64,000 nt of DNA from an uncultured delta proteobacterium (GTDB lineage Bacteria > Myxococcota_A > Polyangia > Polyangiales > Polyangiaceae): the NCBI GenBank assembly GCA_963782055.1, contig CAWAIF010000003.1:4544001-4608000 (forward strand), read 5' to 3'. A program made the position numbers and the translations under genes. The notes beneath the pieces were generated by a model. That model was not told where the DNA came from. It made no database searches and saw only the letters and a program-made list of their open reading frames with translations. The first letter of the stretch is position 1, and each line of letters opens with the position of its first letter. This document shows positions 45,866 to 52,859 of the stretch, piece by piece.

Positions 45866-48577
45866 TCAGCCCTGGCCGAGGCCATAGGAGCTGAGCTTCA
45901 GCTTGGCGAAGATCTCGTCCGCGCGATGCGTGTACGCGGCCGCCTCCGCCTGCACGTCGGCGTCGGTCTGGAACTCGAAGGTGCCGCGCAAGAGGTCGGC
46001 GAAGGCGCGGCAGCTCCGCGCGAGCTCCACCTCGTTGCCCGCCTCCTCGAAGATGCGGATGGACTGCTGCAGGTGCTCGCGCGCCGCGCGGATCCCCTCG
46101 CCGCCCGCGCTGCCCGCCGCCGACACCTCGCCGAGCGACCGGAGCGCCACGCCGAGCTGCACCTTGCCCTGCACCTCGCGGAAGATATCCACCGCGCGCG
46201 CCGTGCACTCGCGCGCCTTGGTGTACTCCTTGCGGGAGAGGTACGCCTTGCCCAGGCCACGCACCGCCTCCGCGAGGCCCATCTTGTCGCCCAGCTCGTC
46301 GGCGAGCTCCTCGGCCTGCTTCAGGTAGGTGATGGCGCGCTCGGAGTCGCCCATGCGGTTGAGCGTCTCGCCCAGGTTGGTGAGGATGAGGGCGATGCGG
46401 TTGCGGTCGCCTGTCTCCTTCGCCACGTCGTAGGCCTCCCGGAACAGCTCGAAGGCGCGGCGGTCTTCGCGCTGGTCCTGGGCGACGGTGCCCAGGTTGT
46501 TCAGCGAGATGGCGACCCCCACCAGATCGCCGATCTCCTTGCGGATGACGAGCGCCTGCTCGAAGGCGTCGAGCGCCTCCTTGAAGCGGCCGGAGTCCTG
46601 GTAGACCAGGCCCATGTTGTTGAGCGACAGGGCGATGCTCCGCCGGTCGCCGAGGCGCCGGCGCATCGCGAGCGCCCGCTGCGTGAACTCCAGCGCGCGC
46701 GCGTAGTCGCCCCTGAGCCAGTGCAGCTTGCCGATGTCGTCGACGGTGCTGGCGATGCCGCGCTCGTCACCCGCCTCCTCGAAGAGGTGCAGCGCGGCGT
46801 CCAGGTTGCGCGAGGCGAGCTCCAGGCGGCCGGTGTCGCGGTACAGCCGCCCGATGCGGCCGAGCGCGGCGCCGCCGCGGGTGCGCAGGTCCAGCCGCCA
46901 GGCGACCGACAGCATCTCGCGGAAGACGGCGAGCGCGCCCTCGTTGTTGCCCAGGAGCTGCAGCACGTCGCCGTGGTGATGCAGCGCCGTGACGTGCTGA
47001 TCGGCCTCCACCTCGGCGCCGCCGCGGACGATGGCGAGCCCCTGCGCGTAGTACTCCGCCGCCTTGGCGTTGGCGTAGCGCGAGCGCGCCACGTCGGCAG
47101 CCTCCAGGTACGCGATCGCCGCCCGGCGCGTCGAGCCGGCGAGCTCGCGGTGCCGCGCCAGCATGCCGATGGACTCCTCGTGCGCGCGCAGGTTCTCCTT
47201 GGAGGCGAGCCAGTCGGCGATCGCCGCGTGGAAGCCCCGCGCGGTGCCCGGCGACGTCATCTTGACCAGCGCCTCGCGCTCCAGGTTGTGCTTGAAGACG
47301 TACTCGGTGTCTCCGGAGAAGGTGCTGTCGGGGAGACGCAGGACGTAGTCGCGCTCGGTGAGGTCGGCGAGCATCGTCTGGATGCGCTTCCTGTCGGGGG
47401 CCTCCCCCGCCTCCCACACCTCCGGCGGGGGCGCGCCGCGGCGCTCGATGCTCACCAGCGCGCCCAGCCAGAAGACCGATCCCATCGCCGCGGCGCGCTC
47501 CAGCAGATCGCGCTCCGGCGGGGCGAGCGCCGCGATGCGCGCGGCGATGGCGTCCTCCACCGTGATGGGCAGCTTCACGTTGGCGAGCTTCTCGGGGTGG
47601 ACCGTCCACTTCTCGTACTCGGCGAGCTCGTCCTCCACCTCCAGCACGCCCATGTCGTGGAAGATGCGGACCATCTGCTCGAGCAGCGCCGGGTTGCCGC
47701 CGGCGAGGGTGCACGCCGCGTCGATGAGCTCCTCCACCGCCTCGTCCTCGCCGGCGGGGGCGAGCAGGTCCTGCATCACCGCCGAAGCGTCGGTGTCGGA
47801 GAGGGGCGAGAGGTCCACCACCCGGTGCCGCGGGCCGCCGTGCTTTGCCCAGTCGTCGCGCCGCGCCATCATCTCGGGGCGCGCCAGGCAGAGCAGCAGG
47901 ATGGGCGCCGAGAGATACTCGATGAGGTAGGCGAGCAGGTCGAGCGAGTCGTCGTGCGCCCAGTGCAGGTCGTCGAACACCAGCACCAGCGGGCCCTTCG
48001 GCGACGTCCCCGGCGTGGCGGAGGAGTCGGCGCGCGCGGCGGGGCTCGTCGCGTCCGCCTCGAAGAAGCGCTTGATGACCGCGCGCCGGAGCTGCCGGAG
48101 CTGCTGCGGATCGCCCTCCACCGCCTTGATCAGCGGCGAGTCCATGAAGTCCAGCTCCAGGAGCTGCCCGAGGAAGTAGACGACGTCGCCGACCTTGCGG
48201 TCCTCCAGCACCGCGGCGGCCTGCGCGCGCACCTGCGCCTTCGCCGCCTCCGGGTCCATCCCCTCCACGATGCCGAAGCGCGCGCGCAGCACCCGCGCGA
48301 ACACGCCGTACGCCGGGCCCCCCTCCCGTGAGGTGCCGCGGAAGACGCGCGGCGACCCGCCCTCGAAGTTGCGCGTGCGCAGGAGGAAGTCGCGGACCAG
48401 CCGCGTCTTGCCGATGCCGGCGGCGCCGATGAGCGTCACCGCGCGGCACACCCCCCGCGCGTGGGCGTCGGCGAGGGCCGACTCCAGCTCGCGCATCTCC
48501 GCGGCGCGCCCGACGAGCACCGCGCGCCGCTCGGCGACGCCGAAGCCGCCGGGGGGGAGGAGGCTGAGACTGCTCAT
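45866..48577 (-). CDS. AAA ATPase (AAA_16-like) + TPR repeat protein
   Basis: LVGR..E, GAAGIGKTRL, LVFDDLHWA, GGNP, FKHNL.RE, then multiple TPRs (IALSLNNMG, VAISLNNLG). Confidence 0.9.
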   Translation of the reverse strand: MSSLSLLPPGGFGVAERRAVLVGRAAEMRELESALADAHARGVCRAVTLIGAAGIGKTRLVRDFLLRTRNFEGGSPRVFRGTSREGGPAYGVFARVLRARFGIVEGMDPEAAKAQVRAQAAAVLEDRKVGDVVYFLGQLLELDFMDSPLIKAVEGDPQQLRQLRRAVIKRFFEADATSPAARADSSATPGTSPKGPLVLVFDDLHWAHDDSLDLLAYLIEYLSAPILLLCLARPEMMARRDDWAKHGGPRHRVVDLSPLSDTDASAVMQDLLAPAGEDEAVEELIDAACTLAGGNPALLEQMVRIFHDMGVLEVEDELAEYEKWTVHPEKLANVKLPITVEDAIAARIAALAPPERDLLERAAAMGSVFWLGALVSIERRGAPPPEVWEAGEAPDRKRIQTMLADLTERDYVLRLPDSTFSGDTEYVFKHNLEREALVKMTSPGTARGFHAAIADWLASKENLRAHEESIGMLARHRELAGSTRRAAIAYLEAADVARSRYANAKAAEYYAQGLAIVRGGAEVEADQHVTALHHHGDVLQLLGNNEGALAVFREMLSVAWRLDLRTRGGAALGRIGRLYRDTGRLELASRNLDAALHLFEEAGDERGIASTVDDIGKLHWLRGDYARALEFTQRALAMRRRLGDRRSIALSLNNMGLVYQDSGRFKEALDAFEQALVIRKEIGDLVGVAISLNNLGTVAQDQREDRRAFELFREAYDVAKETGDRNRIALILTNLGETLNRMGDSERAITYLKQAEELADELGDKMGLAEAVRGLGKAYLSRKEYTKARECTARAVDIFREVQGKVQLGVALRSLGEVSAAGSAGGEGIRAAREHLQQSIRIFEEAGNEVELARSCRAFADLLRGTFEFQTDADVQAEAAAYTHRADEIFAKLKLSSYGLGQG

Positions 48578-48635
48578 GATGGGCCAGTGTACACGAAGTG
48601 GCCGAAATCCGGGGCTTTCGTGACCTCGCCGCCGG

Positions 48636-49358
48636 TCATGCGCCGGCCGCGTTCACCGCCTCCGCCAGCCACGCCCGGGACGGGCCGCTCTGGACGTTCA
48701 GGGCCTCCAGGCCGGGGAAGATCACCTCCTCGAGGGTCTTGACGAACACCGCGCGCCGCGCCGAGTAGGGCAGCACGCCGTGCTCCACCAGGCGCGCGTC
48801 CTCCGGCCCCTTCGTGGCGGGCTTGAAGGAGTCGCCCGCGGTGGTCCGCAGCATCCACGGGATCCACTTCGAGAGGAAGGAGAGGTCGTCACGCTCCTTG
48901 TGGCTCGCCAGCACCGCCCAGCCCAGACGCGCGTGGGCGACCTCGTCGCGGGAGAACTCGCGGAGCACCGAACGCATGGCCCTGCCCTTCGTCGCGCCCA
49001 TCAGCGTCACCAGCATGACCGTGCTCTCGGTCTCCGCCATGCAGGACGCGGCGACCTCGTAGAGCACGCGGCGCCGGAAGGAGAGCTTCGCCGGCGCGAT
49101 CTCGCTCGGGACGACCGGGTCGGTCAGCCGCGCGGCGCCGTACCTGTCGGCCAGCTCGGCGCAGTAGCCCTCGTGCCGCTGTTCGTCGCGGGAGGCCGCG
49201 AGCGCCAGCTTCACCAGCGGCGCGGGTGTGCCGATGCGCTCCAGCCGGCCCGCCAGCCGCGCGAAGCGCATCGTCGCGTCGCGCTCGACCGCCTCGCGAA
49301 ACGCCCAGGCCTTCCCCGCGGCGCGCTCGATCCCGACACCCCCGGAGGGGCTCGTCAC
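48636..49358 (-). CDS. Ferritin-like diiron protein
   Basis: W.FREAVE, RDEQRH, CMAETES and RDEVAHARLGW give the two ExxH motifs plus helix Glu residues of a four-helix diiron bundle; GTG overlaps the upstream TGA. Confidence 0.85.
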   Translation of the reverse strand: MTSPSGGVGIERAAGKAWAFREAVERDATMRFARLAGRLERIGTPAPLVKLALAASRDEQRHEGYCAELADRYGAARLTDPVVPSEIAPAKLSFRRRVLYEVAASCMAETESTVMLVTLMGATKGRAMRSVLREFSRDEVAHARLGWAVLASHKERDDLSFLSKWIPWMLRTTAGDSFKPATKGPEDARLVEHGVLPYSARRAVFVKTLEEVIFPGLEALNVQSGPSRAWLAEAVNAAGA

Positions 49359-49606
49359 CAGCTACACAGGCCGTGCGTGCAATCGCCCGGCTTGTTCAGG
49401 CACCCGGCGTCCTGGCCGGTGCCGGTGTCCGGCTGGGCGGCGGCGTCGTTGCCCTGCGCTCCCTGATCGTCCGCGGCGTCGGCCGCGGGGCCGCCCGCGT
49501 CGGAGTCCGTCGTCGGGCCGCCGGAGCACGCGGGAATGGCGAGGGACATGCCCCCGATCACCAGCACGTTGAAGAGCTTCGATGCATCGACGGCCAGCGG
49601 TTTCAT
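49355..49606 (-). CDS. 83-aa lipoprotein-like peptide with acidic linker and Cys-rich C-terminal core (candidate precursor peptide)
   Basis: MKPLAVDASKLFNVLVIGGMSLAIPAC-SGG...DAG-CLNKPGDCTHGLCSW; TATTCT 7 nt upstream of the ATG; GTGA overlap with the ferritin-like gene. Confidence 0.8.
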   Translation of the reverse strand: MKPLAVDASKLFNVLVIGGMSLAIPACSGGPTTDSDAGGPAADAADDQGAQGNDAAAQPDTGTGQDAGCLNKPGDCTHGLCSW

Positions 49607-49658
49607 GTCCCCCAGAATACCGGCGGCGCGGGTGGCGGTCAAAAGGCGGACGGAGCGG

Positions 49659-50510
49659 CTAGCGCTTCCGTTCGCGGGCGGACGCGGGCTTGCCGCGATG
49701 CGCCGCCTTGTCGTGCCTGGCCGGGTGCGCGTGGTGCGCCGCCTTCTTGTGCCGCTTGTGCCGGGCCGCCCAGCTCAGCACCGGGTTCTCCACGCACCCG
49801 CGCATCCCCGAGGGACACGAGATGCGCACGTGGAAGTGGTCGTCGTGCGGCAGCGTCCCGCGCGGCTGCTCCATCGTGTCGGCGGCCCGCTGCACGAGCG
49901 CCGCGGGCGCGCCGGCGTGCTTCGCGTAAGAGAGGAGCCGCGCGCGCAGGGGGGTCGAGACGAAGATGTGGCTCACGTGCGCGACCGGGTCGTCGAGCAG
50001 CGCCGCCACCAGCGCCCAGTTCTTCGCGTCGTCGAAGCGCGCTCCCGGCCATGTCGGCGCCGTACCGTCGCCCCGGAAGCGCACGAAGTGGTCGGCGAAG
50101 ATCTCGCGGCCGTGGCCGTTGTGCACGTAAAAGGCGATGTCGGCGTCGCGTCCGCTCTCGTGCGAGGCGTGGCGCTGGATGTCGCCGCCCCCGCGCTGCG
50201 AGATCTGCCCGACCGAGAGCACCGCCCCCTTGAACTGGTGGCGCACGCGGCGCGCCGCGCGATCGATCATGCTCACCAGCGAGCCCAGCCCCCAGCGCAC
50301 GTCGCCGGCGCGGTCCGCGGGGACGATGCGCAGGTACGTGGCCGACTCCAGGTGCGAGCCGCCCACCAGGTGCCCCTGGTTGGGCGCCCCCACGCTGCGA
50401 CCCATCGGGAACGCGGGGGCGTGCTTCTTGTGCGCCGGCGCCCGCGCGGCGGCAGGACGGACGACGAGCCCGAGACAAAGGGCCGCCGCGAGAGCGAGGA
50501 CGAGGCGCAT
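49659..50510 (-). CDS. mepA: Penicillin-insensitive murein endopeptidase family protein
   Basis: Signal peptide, SVGAPNQGHL, VRWG, HASHESGRDAD, HDDHFHVRISCP. Confidence 0.9.
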   Translation of the reverse strand: MRLVLALAAALCLGLVVRPAAARAPAHKKHAPAFPMGRSVGAPNQGHLVGGSHLESATYLRIVPADRAGDVRWGLGSLVSMIDRAARRVRHQFKGAVLSVGQISQRGGGDIQRHASHESGRDADIAFYVHNGHGREIFADHFVRFRGDGTAPTWPGARFDDAKNWALVAALLDDPVAHVSHIFVSTPLRARLLSYAKHAGAPAALVQRAADTMEQPRGTLPHDDHFHVRISCPSGMRGCVENPVLSWAARHKRHKKAAHHAHPARHDKAAHRGKPASARERKR

Positions 50511-50587
50511 GGCCCGACCTTTTCACGCCCAGCGCCGCCGGGCCAAAAAACCCGGCGCCCTCCCTGCCCGGCCCGTTACACTGGAGC

Positions 50588-51910
50588 GTGGTGGCTTCTA
50601 CCCGTCCCAACCTCTTGCAGGCGCTGCTCGCCAGACAAAAGGAGGGGGCGACGGGCGTCTTCGAGGTCCGCTCGGGGGACGCGGCCACGTTCCTCTACGT
50701 CGCGCGCGGCAAGCCCGTCTTCGCCGAGGACGGCACCCTGGGCGAGACGCTCGGGCGCCTCCTGGTGCGCGAGCACGTCCTGACGGAGGAGCAGTACATC
50801 GCGGTCATCCGGCGCATGACCGAGGCGCTCATCGGCAACGAGCAGATGCGCTTCGGGGAGGTGGTGATCGAGCTGGGCTACATGACGCCGGCGCAGGTGC
50901 ACGACGCCCTCGCCATGCAGGTGCGGCAGAAGGTCATCCGGTGCCTGCAGTGGGAGGACCCGGAGTACGTCTTCGAAGGCTCGCCGGAGGAGCTGGAGGG
51001 CCTCGGCCGCTTCCCCCTCTCCATCGAGCCGCTCATGCTCGTCGCCGCTCGCCGCTTCTCCGAGCAGCGCACCGAGGCGGTGCTCCGCCCCGGCGAGACG
51101 CTCTATCCCCGGCTGGTGGGCGACGGCGCGGACCTCGCCGAGCTCTTCGACCTGCGCGGCTCGGAGCTGCGCTTCGTCGAGGGCATCGACGGGCGCCGCA
51201 CCACCGGGGACGTGCTCGCGTCGGGTGCGGACGTCGACGCGGCCGCGGTCGTCGCCGCGCTGGTGCTCTGCGGGCGCGCCGAGCTCTCCGCCGAGCCGCT
51301 CGAGGTCGCCGCCACGCCCTCCATCCGCCCGTCGATCCCGCCCGCGCGCCCGGAGGTCCCGCAGGTCGATCCGGCGGCGGCGCTGGCGCGTGAGCGCGCC
51401 GCGAAGGCCATCGCGCGGCTGAAGCTGGTGCGTGTCTCGCGGCCCGCCCCCACTCCCTCCGGTCGACCCGTCGCCGCCGCCACCTCTGCCCGGCCGGCGG
51501 CGCCGTCCGATCCTCGCGAGGCGCGCCTGCTCGCCGAGGACGCCTTCCAGCGGGGCGTCGCCTTCGTGCGGCAGGACCGCATCGACCGCGCTGCCCCCGA
51601 GCTCAAGCGCGCCCACGAGCTGATGCCCGCCGCGGGGGAGTACCACGTGTACGCGCTCTGGGCGGACCTGCAGGTGGACGCGGACCAGGGCACCGAGGCG
51701 CAGCGCCACGAGCTGCGGCGCCTCGCCACCGCCGCCGTCCGCCACGATCCCAACTTCGCCTTCGGCTTCTACGTGCTCGGGCAGCTGGCGATGCACGACG
51801 GCGACAACACCTTCGCGCTCAAGGCGTTCCGCCACGCCGCCAAGCTGGACCCGGGCGAGGTGGACGCCGCGCGCCACGCCCGGCTGCTGGCGATGCGGAC
51901 TGGCCGTTGA
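50588..51910 (+). CDS. DUF4388-like domain + C-terminal TPR protein
   Basis: ATGVFEV...LYVARGKPVFAE...LGRLLV...RFGEVVIELG; IDGRRT segment; TPR at the C-terminus. Confidence 0.8.
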   Translation: MVASTRPNLLQALLARQKEGATGVFEVRSGDAATFLYVARGKPVFAEDGTLGETLGRLLVREHVLTEEQYIAVIRRMTEALIGNEQMRFGEVVIELGYMTPAQVHDALAMQVRQKVIRCLQWEDPEYVFEGSPEELEGLGRFPLSIEPLMLVAARRFSEQRTEAVLRPGETLYPRLVGDGADLAELFDLRGSELRFVEGIDGRRTTGDVLASGADVDAAAVVAALVLCGRAELSAEPLEVAATPSIRPSIPPARPEVPQVDPAAALARERAAKAIARLKLVRVSRPAPTPSGRPVAAATSARPAAPSDPREARLLAEDAFQRGVAFVRQDRIDRAAPELKRAHELMPAAGEYHVYALWADLQVDADQGTEAQRHELRRLATAAVRHDPNFAFGFYVLGQLAMHDGDNTFALKAFRHAAKLDPGEVDAARHARLLAMRTGR

Positions 51911-52539
51911 GCCCCCGGCGCGCCCTCCAGGTGCTGCACGCGGAGATGGCCGCGTGCCGGCTGTGCCCGAAGATGATCGGCCCGGTCGTACACGGCCCGC
52001 CCGTCGCCAGCCGCGTGCTGCTCATCGGCCAGGCGCCCGGCCCCCACGAGGGCAAGCTCGGCCGGCCCTTCGCGTGGACCGCGGGCAAGACGCTCTTCAG
52101 GTGGCTGGAGCGGGCCACTGGGCAGGACGAGAAGCGCGTGCGCGAGCGGGTCTACTTCGCCGCCGTCGCGCGCTGCTTCCCGGGCAAGATCCGCGACAAG
52201 GAGGGCAAGGCGGGCGGTGACCGCAAGCCGGACCCGACCGAGATCGCCCGCTGCCGCACCTACCTCGAGCGGGAGGTCGCCATCCTCCGGCCGGAGGTGG
52301 TGATCGCCGTCGGCGGCCTCGCCATCCAGGAGGTGCTCGGCCACACCGGCAAGCTCGACGAGGTCATCGGCGGGGTGCGCCGCGCGCGCTACCACGGGCG
52401 CGAGGTGGACGTCATCGCCCTGCCCCACCCGAGCGGCGCGTCCACCTGGCACAAGCGCGAGCCGGGCATCGGCCTGCTCGAGAAGGCGCTCGGCGCGGTG
52501 AAGCGCCACGCGGCCGTCCGCGCTACCTTCCAGCCATGA
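51907..52539 (+). CDS. Uracil-DNA glycosylase family protein (Fe-S type, family 4/5-like)
   Basis: CRLC, IGQAPG.HE...GRPF, RCFP, LPHPS. Confidence 0.9.
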   Translation: MSPRRALQVLHAEMAACRLCPKMIGPVVHGPPVASRVLLIGQAPGPHEGKLGRPFAWTAGKTLFRWLERATGQDEKRVRERVYFAAVARCFPGKIRDKEGKAGGDRKPDPTEIARCRTYLEREVAILRPEVVIAVGGLAIQEVLGHTGKLDEVIGGVRRARYHGREVDVIALPHPSGASTWHKREPGIGLLEKALGAVKRHAAVRATFQP

Positions 52540-52733
52540 GCGAGGATACCGCGCGGCTGGTCGACCTGGAGCTCCGGTTCATGAAGCTGGAGCGGATGGT
52601 GGAGGAGCTCTCCGCCGTGGTCGCCGAGCAGCAGAAGACCCTCGACGCGCTGGTCAGCCACAGCAAGCGCGTGCACGACCGCCTGCGCGATCTGGGCGAG
52701 GAGATCGGCGACGAGAAGCCGCCGCACTATTGA
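52536..52733 (+). CDS. slyX: SlyX family protein
   Basis: RLVDLE.R.....VEELS.VV..QQ and C-terminal EKPPHY. Confidence 0.92.
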   Translation: MSEDTARLVDLELRFMKLERMVEELSAVVAEQQKTLDALVSHSKRVHDRLRDLGEEIGDEKPPHY

Positions 52734-52743
52734 TCACGGGGGC

Positions 52744-52776
52744 GGCACGCGCAGCCCGCAAGGCTTCGCGCGTGCC
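52744..52776. terminator. GC-rich hairpin between convergent genes
   Basis: GGCACGCGC-AGCC-cgcaa-GGCT-tc-GCGCGTGCC; no U-tract. Confidence 0.5.
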
Positions 52777-52859
52777 CAGGTCCATGCACTCTGCACCCAT
52801 CGACGCCGCGCGCGAAGTCGAGCACGGGCCCGAGCACGAGCTGGAGGGGCCCCCCCTCC

